Shown here: positions 34,541-48,800 of the stretch, piece by piece
Position numbering within the stretch: position 1 is the stretch's first letter
Layout of the letters: each line of letters starts with the position of its first letter
NCBI GenBank assembly: GCA_043228905.1
Contig: JBHGNT010000015.1
Location: forward strand, 12,958,001-13,022,000
Origin: Azolla caroliniana
Taxonomy: Eukaryota > Plantae > Polypodiophyta
Reading direction: 5' to 3'
DNA length: 64,000 bases
The notes under the pieces: model-generated
Told to the model about the DNA's origin: nothing
The model's input: the letters and a program-made list of their open reading frames with translations, nothing else
Database searches by the model: none
Position numbers and translations under genes: made by a program

Positions 34541-36164
34541 ATGACTAGTCGGTCCAAGACCTTCATAGACTTTGATGCGGATTGGGGTGAAACAATACCC
34601 TATGAAGGGAGGTATGGCATGAATCATTTCACAACTTTATATTGTGTATAAATAGTGATGTTTGTGTGCTAACTTGAATGATGGTTTAGGGTTTTTGTAA
34701 GAAAGGGTGCTAGGTGCCCCAAATCCAACAATATGGATGTTGAAAACATCATTACTGAAGACTCGAACATGGATACGAACCCCATACATGACGTGGGGCC
34801 AGGTGTTGAAGATATCAGTGTAAATGGTCAGTTGATGTACATTCTTATAATCATTATTGAAGTAAGTATATATTGGGTTTTTCTAATGCAAATGTCACAC
34901 CATTGTTGTACTGAACCCCATGTCCCTCTTCAAGGTGGGAAGAGACTTGACAGGTATCAAATGCCGCACATGTATAGTTGGAGATTCATGTAGAAAAGAG
35001 GTACGATAGTTTCGCAGAAAAGTTGATATGGAGGCTCACTTACATAAGGCACATGGCATCCGTGTAGTACTGCCTCGGGGGCTAAAGATAGAAGAAGAAG
35101 AGCAATCGACCTCCATGAGGAGTACGGCCACGTCATTCTTTAGCCACTATGAAAGACAACGATCAATAAAGCGTTTTTTGGATCCGGAGCTAAAGTACAA
35201 CAGATCACGCCAATCACACATGAGGAAGTTGAGGACAAGAGCGATTAAGATCTTCAAAGCCACTCCGGACGCACTTCGAACATCCAAGGAGGCCGATTTC
35301 ATTGCCCAATTCGTCAGCCAACAGATGGCCAGGTATGACGAGGGAAAGGAGCATAGGATGGAAAAATTGAAGTTGAAGATTGCGGTTGTGTTTGAAGCTT
35401 ATGTAAGTAAGGTTTATGATTATCTGTGCATCTTATGTGAGTCTAAATCTAGTGTGTGAATCTTATGTATGAATTTTAGAGTAAGAATCATGGAATCCCC
35501 ATGCCAGAAGATTACACACATGTCGAGATCGATGGTGGTCAAGACCAACTGTCAGAATCGACAACCCAACAACCAAGGAGGCCTAAAATCCAAATCCGCA
35601 AGGAAAAAGTGGACCCTAGTAAATTGTCGTTCATTACATCATTTGACACAGATGAGGGTGCAGACATTGGGATTGTCTTTGTTGGTCCTGAGACAATCAC
35701 AAAAACATGGGATAACACAACAAGAAATAAGTTCACTAGGTATGTCGTTATGGTGGGGGCATGAGATCAATAGTTAACTTCATGTTTTTTTTGTAGTTAC
35801 TAATCTGGCCTCATAAACAGGTTTCAGGTGGCTTGTCGACTATTAGATCTAGCGGTCTTTTTTACGGAGGTAGAACTATGTTCGTTGTGCATTGTAGGGG
35901 AGATGGCATCCACATGGATGATGACCCTCTTCCACTTATCCCAACCCAACCTAATGGGATGGATTGTGGGTATTACATGATGCAAACCATTCAAATGTTG
36001 GTCGAGGAGTTCATTCAAGGATTTGAGTTCGATCAATTTGTAAGTATTTATGAGAATTGAATTTGGGCTTAGGTTGATGGCATCTTGTGGTGTAGGGTAA
36101 GGAGCAATGGTTTGGATTTGAAGACGTGCAGCTCCTTCGGAAAATCATGGCAAAATGGATATGA
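34541..36164 (+). pseudogene. Spliced transposon-associated gene: C2H2-like zinc finger plus Ulp1/C48 protease-like C-terminal motif
   Basis: KCRTC...R*FRRKVDMEAHLHKAH (34959-35054, in-frame stop); PTQPNGMDCGYYMMQTI (35941-35991); several short GT-AG introns. Exon bounds approximate. Confidence 0.6.
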
Positions 36165-36289
36165 AGGACTCTGGGCATAGGGTTATTTTAATCACTAGCA
36201 TGTTGTACTTTGTAACATCAAACATATTATCTCGATTTACTATCTCATGCGGATTGCCAACTTTTTTGTAATATCTGGTAAATAGTTGG

Positions 36290-36480
36290 ATCTCATTTTG
36301 GTTGTATATGACTCAATTTGATGTACATTCTGGTTGTGAGTCTTATTGTGTGAATTTCATTCTAGTTGTATATGACTCAATTTGATGTTCATTCTGGTTG
36401 TATATGACTCAATTTGATGTTCATTCTGGTTGTGCGTCATATTATTTGAATCTCATTCTGGTTATATATGACTCAATTTG
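36290..36480. repeat. Degenerate ~33-bp tandem repeat
   Basis: GGTTGTATATGACTCAATTTGATGTTCATTCT repeated 4-5 times. Confidence 0.75.
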
Positions 36481-37292
36481 ACGCAATGAGTTTTACCTCC
36501 AAACAAGAGCTGAACTTGCAAAAACGGAATGCATGCACTTTTGTTGGATGTGGAAAGCGATTTGGATCTCATAAATACTTGTTGCAACATCGACGTGTTC
36601 ATGTGTGGATGAAAGACCCTTGAAATGTCCATGGAATGGTTGCCAAATGACATTCAAATGGAACTGGCCATGGGAAACAACAAATTAATTGAATCAAGTG
36701 CTTGCAAAAAATTACATGGTTCTTACATTGCTGAGTCAAGTGTCAAATTAATTTCATTGACAGCCTACATAGGAAGATGGTCTCATGAGGAGTACAGCCA
36801 CATCATTTTTCAGCGAATACGAAAGACAACGATCATTAAATCGTTTTTTGGATCCGGAGCTCAAGTACAACAGATCACGCTAATAACACATGAGGAAGTT
36901 GAGGACAAGAGCGATAAAGATCTTCAAAGCCACTCCGGACACACTTCGAACATGCGGAAAATTATGTTGTACTTTGTAACATCAAACATGTGGATTGGAA
37001 ACTTTTTTGTAATATCAAATCAATATTTGAATCTCATTTTGGTTGTATATGACTCAATGTGGACTCTATCTGAAAATCATTTTGTAATATCAAATCAATA
37101 TTTGAATCTCATTTTGAATCTCATTTTTGGTTGTATATTTGAATTGTATTTCTCTCCTAGGAATTGTTTTGGGTGTCAAAAGAATAAAACTAATAGCTTA
37201 TTGACAAGTAGTCAAGGCAATGGTTTTTGAGAAAGGCCAAGAAAGAGTAAGTATATAGAAAGAGTGCTTCGGTCCTTGTTGTAAACAATACA

Positions 37293-37432
37293 AAAGACAT
37301 AACAAGATTCAATGTCAATCTTATTCAAAGACATAACAAGACTCAATGTCAATCTTCTTCAAAGACATAACAAGACTCAATGTCAATCTTCTTCAAAGAC
37401 ATAACAAGACTCAATGTGAATCTTATTCAAAA
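37293..37432. repeat. 34-bp tandem repeat, 4 copies
   Basis: CAAAGACATAACAAGACTCAATGTCAATCTT[A/C]TT. Confidence 0.9.
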
Positions 37433-39216
37433 GGGAGCCCGACTGATTAATGTGGAGCCCGACTCATTCATGTTCATTAAAAAAGGGAGCCCTACTCATC
37501 AAAAAAGGGAGCCCAACTCTGGTAAAAAGGGAGCTCGACTCATTCATGTTCATTAAAAAAGGGAGCCCCACTCATTAATGTGGAGCCCGACTCATTAAAA
37601 AAGGGAGCCTAACACAGTAATAGGGAAGTGCCCAACTATGTGTAATGATGGCGTCTCAACAGTCATATTAACAACTACAGTAAATTAATTCACCAAATTC
37701 AGTAGCATGCACTAAGAGTCTTCCCATCATTCCCAATTAACCCATTCCCTTCCTTAACAGTCTATTAATCACTTGCACTCATATCATTCATTCACTCTCA
37801 TTCTCGATCATTAATCTACTCCATTCATGTGATTTATTTGAATTCATTCACTTGAATTCATTTGATTTCATTCACTTCATTCACCTCAATCACTAGCATT
37901 CTTGATCATATTGTATTTGCTATGGAGAGCACAATGCATCATGGTGTCTTCGCCATGTCGGAAGATGAATTGGAGGATACGTCATGGTCATCCAATGCAT
38001 CCGAGGATGAATTGGAGGATCCTTTTGAGTCATCAGATTCCGATCGTGAGAATGAGGCGGTCGATCCCTTCATGTATTGTTCCCCCAGGTATTTTGCATT
38101 TTCAAGAGGTACGTATAATTTGATGATTAAAGATTTATTGGGACAAGTTAAGGTAACATTGGAAACATTACGTGATGTCGCGAGGGGAGCACCTCTTTCA
38201 CTTCATGCATGGAGGCGCATGAAGAGTCGTCTCATACTCGGGAATGAGAGTGCAATTTACCTTAAAGCATCACCTAATCTTCAAGTCTTATACGTCGAGA
38301 AATGGAGGGAAGTAGTATTAGCGTCACATGGTGACACATCCCATCACACGTTTTCAAAGACTCTTAAAGAGGTAAAACTAGTTTATGCGACTGATGTACG
38401 TGATTATGGCATCCCACCGGAGTACGTGAAAGCACTCATTACAAGTTGTGGTTGCCAAACGGTATCGAAGGTCGTCTCGATAGAAGGTTTGGGATCAAGC
38501 ATGGCCAAATATAACAAGACCCTACCCATAGAAGTGATCAAGGTAGAAACCCACCAATTAGATGATGCGCTCACGGATTTGCAAACCAAGTACCACACAC
38601 ATTTAAGGAAAGGAGTCAAGAAGGGTATGCGTGTGACTAGGTATAGTTGCCATCGTGCTGGGACATCTCGACTTGCGTCTAATTCCACTCGGCGACGCAG
38701 GTGCACACCCCGATGTGGGTGCACATTCCATGTGGACATTAGAATCAATGACGATTTTGACATTGAGACACTTGCCATTTCCATATATGGACCTCATAGT
38801 GGTCATGTACCATGTAGTAGGTCAGATGTTTACCATTTGCCAGTACACCCCAATGTCATAAGTTGTTGCAAAGATGACCTATTTGATGTTGGGTGTGCAA
38901 GGCATGTGGCATGAATGAGCATGCATAAGGAAGCATATCATAAGTCCAAGGCTAGTCCATTAGAGCTTGTTACCTATCGGTTCTTTATGATACCAAAGGA
39001 GGTCCATAACATGGAAAATAGGTTAAAAATCGGGAGTGCCATGACTAAGGTTGATTGCGCTTTGATGATGCAAGATGCCTATGCACTCCGAGATCTTGGG
39101 AAAGTGGCTCATGTTCAACCCTACCTGCCTGGTGAACCAGGATCTCCCGCCATACAACCATTTATCTTGATACTTCAAGATCAATGGATGTTGGAAATGT
39201 GTGAGTGGTTGACCCC

Positions 39217-39532
39217 TGTTGAGATATCAAGCTCAACTAGTTTAATCTAGTTAGTCAACACATGTAACTTAGTAGTTACCTAGATCGAATCTAGTTAATG
39301 TGTTGACCTTAAGCCTTTAAATAGGACCTTGTACTTAAGTGGGATATTCTAGATCCTCCACTCCTTAGTACATTTAATGTAGGACTTACACATAAGTACC
39401 TATGTTCTACCCACACATGTGCACCTTTGCACATGGGTTGTATATATACCTCATTGTGGGTATTTTTGTATGTTGATGACACTTTTCAATATAGTCAATC
39501 ATCCCCCATTTATCTTTGTGTTCAAGTGTAAC

Positions 39533-39572
<40 letters not shown>

Positions 39573-39675
39573 TCTCACACACTCTCACGTGCATATCATA
39601 CTAATCTTCCGCTGCTTAACATAACCATATAATTAGTCTCTAATTAACCCTAGTTAATTACCTAATTACTTAACA
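39217..39675 (+). mobile_element. Solo LTR, TSD ACCCC
   Basis: TGTTGAG...CTTAACA flanked by ACCCC (39212-39216, 39676-39680). Confidence 0.9.
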
Positions 39676-40246
39676 ACCCCACACAACTCTTGGGTAATCG
39701 ACTCGACATTTAAGACAAACCAATTCGGGCTACCATTATATGCAGCAGTTGCCCCCAACTCCATGGGAATTGGGATCCCATTATGGTACATGCTTTGTAG
39801 TTCTGATAAGGGGTCAAACCATGAGCAAGTGGCATTAGAAACTTGTTTGAGAGTCATATTCGCAAGGATGCCCACGGTGAGGCCAAATGAGATATTGATC
39901 GATAAATATTGGACATCATATAATGCCATAACTAATGTGGTTGCAACAGACCATCAATCTTGGATTGTTGTAAATGGGCAACGGTCCCAAACACATTGTC
40001 GACTTTTGTTGTGTTAGTTTCACGCCAAAAAGTCATGGGTGGACAACTTGTTGCCAAAAGTAAATGGATGTTGGAAATGTGTGAGTGGTTGACCCCAAAC
40101 AACTCTTCGGTAATCGAATCGACATTTAAAACAAACCAATTCGGGCTACCATTATATGCAACAGTTGCTCCCAACGCCATGGGAATTGGGATCCCATTAT
40201 GGTACATGCTTTGTAGTTCTGATAAGGGTTCAAACCATGAGCAAGT

Positions 40247-43200
40247 TGACGGGAACTCAACGCTCCCTATACGCAACGCTCGGCCACAACCGAGCTTAGG
40301 ATCATACACAGAAAACGGGAAATAAAACACGACAAAGAAGAAGAGGGAGATACACAGGAGGTTTACGTGGAAAACCCCAAACTAGGGGAAAAAACCACGG
40401 CAGCCCACAGGTTGCAAACTATCACTATGTAAGAATATACAAACAGTGAGTTCACGGAGGCAACGACCTCGTGCTCACGATCTTCGCCACAGGCGGCGGT
40501 TACAACAGAGGCAACGACCTCGTTCTCTCTCTCTCTCTCAACCTGTACACTTTTACACGCTCTCTCTTCTTGCACCAACAAGAAAATGACAACAACAACT
40601 AAAAGTTTGCCCTAAGTCATATTTATACTAATATGACTTTTCGGCTATTTACAAATATAGTCTCGATGGACTCTCAGAAACATATTTACGAATATGTCTC
40701 TTCATCCGGTTCTCACCGGGTCTATACCATCCGGCTCTCCGTAGCCGGGTACTCCTCATCTGGTTCATATAGGGTCTGCACCATCCGGCTCTCCGTAGCC
40801 GGGTATTCCTCATCCGGTTCATACCGGGTCTGCACCATTCGACTCTCCGTAGCCGGGTACTCCTCATACGGTTTCGGCCTCAGCCGAGATTGGTCGTCGG
40901 CACGGTTCTTCTCCCTTCCCATCCGGAGGGACCTGTCTCCCAACAAACTCCCCCTTCACTCCGGCATGGGGTGTCTTATCAGTCCGATCCGCTTCCGGCA
41001 TGCATCCAGCTTGTCGGGTATCAGAACTTTGGTCAGCATATCTGACCCGTTCTCGGCGGTGTGGATCTTCATCAGCGCGAACTCCTGGTCATCTACTCTT
41101 TCCCGGATCCAGTGATATCTTTGCTAGATATGCTTCGTCCGAGAATGGTAGGCCGCATTCTTAGCAAGGTGGATGGCACTTTGACTATCACAATAGAGCC
41201 GGTATTCATCTTGCCGGATACCGAGCTCTCCGATGAAGTCCTTCATCCATAATATTTCCTTGTCGGCTTCCATAGTCGCCATGTACTCCGCCTCTGTGGT
41301 TGACAACACAATCGTCTTCTGCAACCTCGACTGCCATGAAACAACTCCCCCTGCTTATGTCATTACATACCCGGATGTAGACCGGCTGGTATCCACATCA
41401 ACCAACATGTCCGAATCGGTAAAACCGTCAAGTTGAGGTTTTCCGGAGCTGAATCAAAGACACATATTTGAAGTGCCCTTCAAGTACCAGAGTATCCATT
41501 TGACCGCGTTCCAGTGCTCCTTGCCGGGATTGCTCATGAACCGGCTCAGCACTCCGACTGCGTATCCTATATCCGGTCGGGTACAAACCATTGCGTACAT
41601 CAAGCTCCCGACGGCAGAGGCATATGGAATCTTCATCATATCCGCCTTCTCTGCTTTCGTCTTCGGGCTTTGCTTACCAGATAGCTTGCAGTTTGCCGAA
41701 AGTGTCGATCCGACCGGTTTTGCTTCTGACATGTTGAACCGGTGAAGCACCTTTGTCACGTACTTCTCCTATGATAGCCATAATTGCTTCATTGACCAGT
41801 CCCGAATGATATGCATCCCCAACATCTGTCTTGCCGGACCCAAGTCTTTCATTGAGAAGGTCCGGTTGAGAGCCTTCTTCAGCATCCGTATTTTGACTTG
41901 GTCACGTCCGACGATCAACATGTCATCCACGTACAGAAGGAGTATCAAGAAGTCACCTCCTTCGAATTTCTTCACAAACACGCAGTGATCGGCCTGCGTC
42001 TTGTGGTACCCTTGATCGGTCATGAAGGAATCGAACTTCCGGTACCATTGTCGGGGAGCCTGCTTTAGTCCATACAGGCTCTTTTTCAGCCGGCATACCA
42101 GGTGCTCCTTCCCTTTCTCCACAAATCCTTCAGGTTGCTGCATGTAGATCTCCTCTTCGAGGTCGCCGTGAAGGAATGCCGTCTTCATGTCCAGCTGCTC
42201 TACCTCAAGGTCCATGCTTGCCGCTATACTCAGCACCGTCCGGATGGAGGTCATCTTTACTACCGGGGCAAATATCTCGTCGAAGTCCACGCCCTTCTTT
42301 TGCTGGAACCCCTTCACCACGATCCTGGCTTTGTATCTCGGGGGGTTGCCGGCATCTCCTGGTTTCAACTTGTACACCCACTTGTTTCGGAGTGCCCGTT
42401 TTCCTTTGGCAGCTCCACCAATTCGTACGTATGGTTCTCATGCAGGGAATCCATCTCATCCTGCATGGCACTTAACCATTTTCGGCTGTGGGTGTCTTCC
42501 TTCGCTTCTTCGAAGCTTTCCGGCTCCCCCTCATAGGTCAGCAGAACATGCTCTGCATCCGGAAATCTCCGGGGGGGCCTTCTCTCTCTAAGAGGATATC
42601 TCCGTCTTTGGGCTTCGGTAGCCGGCTCCTCCATTTGCTCTTCATCCGAATCCGATTCGGGGTCTAGGCCGGTTCCGGTCTCAGCTTCCTCTACTTCTTC
42701 TTCTACCAGTTCGGTATCCTCACCGTATCCAGCTGGTTCTTCGAGTGCTAATCGGTTGGGTCTGCTCATCGTAGAGTTGATCCTTACCTGTCGACTCGGA
42801 GTTCATTATCTTCTTCTCCGACTCCCAGTCGGCGAGCGTCTTGTCCTCCATGAAGATAATATCTCGACTCCGGAATACCTTCTTGTCGACCGGGTCCCAC
42901 ACTCGGTAGCCGAACTCATCGTCACCGTAACCGAGGAATATGCATGGCCGGGTCTTTGGATCTAACTTTCCTCTCCGGTCCTTTGCTACATGCACGTACG
43001 CGAGACACCCGAACACCTTCAGATGCCGGTAGGATACTTCCTTACCGGTCCACACTCTCTGCGGCGTGTCTCCGTCCAAGGGTACTAAGGGTGATCTATT
43101 TATCACATATGTCGTCGTCAACAGTGCCTCAGCCCAAAACTTCTTGGGTAGTTTTGCATGTGCTAGCATACTCCGGACCCTCTCCATTATGGTCCGGTTC

Positions 43201-45440
43201 ATCCTCTCGGCCAGTCCGTTTAGTTCCGGCGTCTTCGGCACAGTAAATTCGAGCCGGATTCCCTTCGAGCGGCAGTACTCCTCGAACTGCCCCCGGTATT
43301 CTCCTCCGTTATCTGCTCGAACCGCCTTCAGCTTCCGGCCGGTTTCTCTTTCCACTCTCGCGTGGAGCTCTTTGAAGACGGATAACGCCTGATCCTTCGT
43401 CTTCAACGGTGTGGCCCACAACTTCCGGCTGTGGTCATCTATAAACGTCACGAAGTACTGCGCTCCGGCATGTGACTTCGTGTCTACTTGACACACATCT
43501 GTATGCACCAACTCCAGTGGTGCATTACGTCTCATCGGTGGCCTTGGTCGGAAGGAGGTCCGGTTCTGCTTACCGGCCAGACAATCAGTGCACTTCTCTA
43601 AGTGCACGTTCTTCACTGGAATGAGGTTGTCATCTGCAAGCCTCTTCATACCCTTCTTGCTCATATGACATAGCCTCTCGTGCCACAGCTCACCGGCAGT
43701 GTCGGATGCCACGTTCACTTCTTCCGAGCATAACTTGGCATTCATCAAGTACAGTGTGTTGACCTTCCCGGCCCGAGCCACAATCAGGCTGCCTTTGCTG
43801 AACTTCATGACACCATTCCGGATGCTACCCGTGTAGCCTTCATCATCTAGCCGACCGGCTGATATTAGGTTCAGACGAACCTCCGGAACGTGTCAGACAT
43901 CCTTCAGCAGCAACTTGCATCCGGTTGGTGTCGACAGCCACACGTCTCCTATGCCGACAATTTGGCATGTCCCTTCATTCCCCATCCGGACACAGTCGTG
44001 ATCACCGGCTGAGTAGGATGAGAAGCATTTATGGTCCGGGGTAAGGTGGAACGACGCTCCGGAGTCTACCACCCAGGTCATCTCGTCGCCGGCAAGGTTT
44101 ATCTCACTCTCCTCGGTGATGAACATCAACTCTTCTTCACTTGCCGCGATTGCCGTCGTTCCCTTCTGGTCCGTTCCCCTCCGGTCTTTACCGTTCCGGT
44201 CCGGGGTCTGCTTCGAATCGGTACCGTTGGTTTCCTTGTCTTTACGGAAATGCCGATAGTTCTTCTGGAAGTGTCCCGGCTTGCCGCAATAGAAGCAAGT
44301 GGGCCTCCCCCTTGACTTTGACCGTGTCCCCAACTTCTCCCGGTTCTGGGGACTACGGTTTCTATGTCTTCCGCGTTCCGATTCGGTAATGAGCACTTTG
44401 GAGTCGGAGCTCGTATCTTTATCTTTCCGACGCGCCTCCTCATCTAACAAGCTCGACTTTACTCTTGCTAGGGATAATCGTTTTCCTTCCGGCCCGGCTT
44501 TGCCCAAAGTGACAACCAACGTCTCCCAGCTATCCGTTGTCTTCATGTGTATCACCTCCCATATCACGACGTCGATTTTGTCCGGTCTCTTGTCCCCGAA
44601 CTGAACCGGCAGCCAGAGGTCTTTAACCACGAGCATGTCCCTCATCTTCGACTTCCATACCGAATAGTTGGAGCCGGTGAGCTTGAACATGCCGCCAAAC
44701 GATTCGTCCATATTTCTGTGTCGTTTCGCTCTGATACCACTTGACGGGAACTCAACGCTCCCTATATGCAACACTCGGCCACAACCGAGCTTAGGATCAT
44801 ACACAGAAAACGGGAAATAAAACACGACAAAGAAGAAGAGGGAGATACACAGGAGGTTTACGTGGAAAACCCCAAACTAGGGGAAAAAACCACGGCAACC
44901 CACAGGCTGCAAACTATCACTATGTAAGAATATACAAACAGTGAGTTCACGGAGGCAACAACCTCGTGCTCACGATCTTCGCCACAGGCGGCGGTTACAA
45001 CAGAGGCAACGACCTCGTTCTCTCTCTCTCTCTCAACCTGTACACTGTTACACGCTCTCTCTTCTTGCACCAACAAGAAAATGACAACAACAACTAAAAG
45101 TTTGCCCTAAGTCATATTTATACTAATATGACTTTTCGGCTATTTACAAATATAGTCTCGATGGACTCTCAGAAACATATTTACGAATATGTCTCTTCAT
45201 TCGGTTCTCACCGGGTCTGTACCATCCGGCTCTCCGTAGCCGGGTACTCCTCATCCGGTTCATACCGGGTCTGCACCATCCGGCTCTCCGTAGCCGGGTA
45301 CTCCTCATCCGGTTCATACCGAGTCTGCTCTATCCGGCTCTCCGTAGCCGGGTACTCCTCATACGGTTTCGGCCTCGACCGAGATTGTTCGTCGGCACTG
45401 TTCTTCTCCCTTCCCATCTGGAGGGACCTGTCTCCCAACA
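40247..45440 (-). mobile_element. Full-length but defective Tork-like Copia 'H'
   Basis: LTRs 40247-40945 and 44742-45440, TSD CAAGT, PBS-iMet 44728-44739, PPT after 40945; gag deletion (HMKTT|DSWETL), stops and frameshifts. Confidence 0.96.
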
Positions 45441-45823
45441 CAAGTGGCATTAGAAACTTGTTTGAGAGTCATATTCGCAAGGATGCCCACAGTGAGGCCA
45501 AATGCGATAGTGATCGATAAATGTTGGACATCATATAATGCCATAACTAATGTGGTTGCAACAGACCATCAATCTTGGATTGTTGTAAATGGGCAACAGT
45601 CCCAAACACATTGTCGACTTTTGTTGTGTTAGTTTCACGCCAAAAAGTCATGGGTGGACAACTTGTTGCCAAAAGTAAATGCAAATGAGAGAAGCCATCT
45701 TTATCAACGAATGTGCCAACTGATGCAATGCATTACTGAATCATCATTCAATGCAATGCGTGAGGAGTTAAAGGTATAATATGCGGACAAGCTCGGTGTT
45801 TGGCAATTTATAGAAGGAGGATG

Positions 45824-48800
45824 TGTTGGGATTACGATCCCTTCGGATGGGATGGTCGGATGTCGGAGATGAATGCCGACGAGCCCGGTTTCGGTTTCGG
45901 ATCCGGATGCTGAAGACCCCGGCTTCGGTGCCGGATGACGAATGTACCCGGAGAGCGATCCGGATGCAGGGACATATCCGTGAATATGTTCCCTATGGGC
46001 CCCTGAGGCTATAGTTGTAAATAGCCCCAAAGTCATATATGTATAAATATGACTTAGGGCAAACAGTTTTGGTGTTGCTAATCATTTTTCTGTTTTTCCA
46101 CTCAAGAGGAGTGAAGAGGGAGCAGTCGTGAGAGAGAGAGAGAGAGATAGAGCGTGAGAGAGGAAGAGGACGACGCCTCTTTGTATTTCCGCCTCCTGTG
46201 GCGAGGACAGCGAGCTCAAGGTCGTCGCCTTGCAGCTCGCCATTGTATACTTCTCTGTATAGTGTTGGTTTGGAGTCTTGTACTCCCGTGGTTTTTCCCG
46301 TCTAGGGTTTTCCACGTTAATCCCTGTGTGTTCGCGTTTTGTTTCTCTTTGTGGTTCCTATTTTCTGCTCCATTGATTTGCGCTTACTCGGTTGTGGCCG
46401 AGTGGTGAAGGTGAATCTAAGAGTCGATTCCCAACAATCTGGTATCAGAGCGAGCTGTTGCAGAAAATGGAAGGCGGCGGCAGCGGGCAGCCGGGGATGA
46501 TGGTGCTGAACGCTCAGAATTACGCCGACTGGAAGATCAAGATGGAGGATCTTCTGATTGTTCGGGACCTGTACGAACCGATTGACAGGTCGGAAATACC
46601 GAAGGGGGTACTTGAGTCGGAGTGGAAGCTCCTGAACCGGAAAGCCGTAGCGACGATCCGACAATATGTCGATGTAAGCGTCCTACAACATGTGGCGAAC
46701 GACACCTATGCATATGAGATGTGGCGGAAGCTGTCGGGCCTCTATGAGAGGAAGAATGCATTGAACCGGACCTCCCTGATGAGGAAGATAGTGAATCTCA
46801 AGTACCGGGATGGCGAGAGTATGGTGGAACACGTAAGCACGTTCATGGGATTCGTGAACCAGCTTGCGGCGATCAAGTTCCCGTTGGAGGATGCAATGCA
46901 AGCCATCATCCTGATGTGTACATTGCCGGACAGCTGGGAGAACTTGGTGGTGACTCTCAGCACCTCCTGCACCGAAGATAACTTGTCCCTACAAACGGTA
47001 AAGACAAGTATTTTGAACGAAGAAGCGCGTCGGAGAGACAAAGAACCGGCCTCCGACTCGAAGGCGCTGCTTACCGAATCGGATCGGGGAAGACAATGGA
47101 ACCGGAGTCCGCAAAGACGGGAGAAGTCGGGGATCCGGTCGCAGTCAAGAGGAAGGCCCACATGCTTCCACTGTGGGAAGCCGGGGCACTTCCGAAAGAA
47201 TTGTCGGCATTACCGAAAAGACAACGGAGCCGACGACACCGATTCGAAGAAGTCACCGGAGAGAAACGGTGCATACCGGGGAGCCACGGACCGGAGAGGT
47301 TCGGATCGGCGAGGGCAAGACCGGAAAGGAACGACGGCACTCGCGGCAAGTGAGGAAGAAATCATGCTCATCACCGAAGAAGGTGAACTAAACATTGCCG
47401 GCGATGAGACGACCTGGGTGGTCGATTCCGGAGCATCGTTCCACCTGACCCCGGAGAGAAGATACTTCTCATCCTACACAGCCGGTGAGCATGGCTGTGT
47501 TCGGATGGGAAATGAAGGTACGTGCCGGATTGCCGGCATCGGAGACGTGTGGTTGACAACCCCGACCGGATGCAAAATGCTGCTGAAGGATGTCCGACAC
47601 GTTCCGGAGGTTCGATTGAACCTGATTTCGGCCGGGAGGCTAGACGATGAAGGCTACACAGGTAGCATCCGGAACGGCGTAATGAAGTTCAGCAAGGGGA
47701 GCCTGATAGTGGCTCGGGCCCGGAAAGACAACACACTGTACCTGATGAATGCCCGGTTATGTCCGGAAGAGCTGAATGTGGCAGCCGACACTGCCGGTGA
47801 GCTGTGGCACAAAAGACTGTGCCACATGAGTGAGAAGGGGATGAAGAGGCTTGCAGAAGACAACCTTATTCCAGTGAAGCATGTGCACCTGGAGAAGTGC
47901 ACCGATTGCCTGGCCGGTAAGCAGAACCGAACCTCCTTCCACTCAAGGCCACCGACGAGACGTAGCGCACCATTGGAGTTGGTGCACACTGATGTGTGTC
48001 AGGTAGAAACGAAGTCACATGGCGGAACCCAGTACTTCGTAACATTCATTGATGATCACAGCCGGAAGCTGTGGACGGCACCGTTGAAGACAAAGGACCA
48101 AGTGTTGTGCGTCTTCAAAGAACTCCACGCGAGAGTGGAAAGGGAATCCGGCAAGAAGCTGAAAGCGATACGAGCGGATAACGGAGGGGAATACCGGGGG
48201 CAGTTCCAGGAGTACTGTCGCTCGAAGGGAATCCGACTCGAGTTTACTGTGCCGAAGACGCCGGAACTGAACGGGCTGGCCGAGAGAATGAACCGGACCA
48301 TAATGGAGAGGGTCCGGAGTATGCTGGCACATGCGAAATTACCCAAGGGGTTTTGGGCTGAGGCAATGTCGACGGCGACATACGTGATAAACAGATCACC
48401 CTCAGTACCTTTGGACGGAGACACGCCGCAGAGAGTGTGGACCGGTAAGGAAGTATCCTACCGGCATCTGAAGGTGTTCGGGTGTCTCGCATACGTGCAT
48501 GTGGCAAAGGACCGGAGAGGAAAGCTAGATCCAAAGACCCGGCCATGCATATTCCTCGGTTACGGCGACGATGAGTTCGGCTACCGAGTATGGGACCCGG
48601 TCGACAAGAAGATATTCAGGAGTCGAGACATCATCTTCATGGAGGACAAGACACTCGCCGACTGGGAGTCGGAGAAGAAGATGAAGAGCTCCAAGTCGAC
48701 CGGTGAGGATCAACTCTACAAGGAGCAGTCCCGACCGGCAAGGGACCGGTTAGCACTCGAGGATCCGGCCGAAGACGGTGAAGAAACAGAACCGGCCGAA

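Noticed and set aside
37293-37432. 34-bp repeats of CRISPR-repeat length
   Set aside because: Head-to-tail with no spacers; a minisatellite.
46392-46466. N-terminal extension of the 1382-aa ORF
   Set aside because: Starts at a non-ATG codon within LTR/PBS; the real start is ATG 46467.
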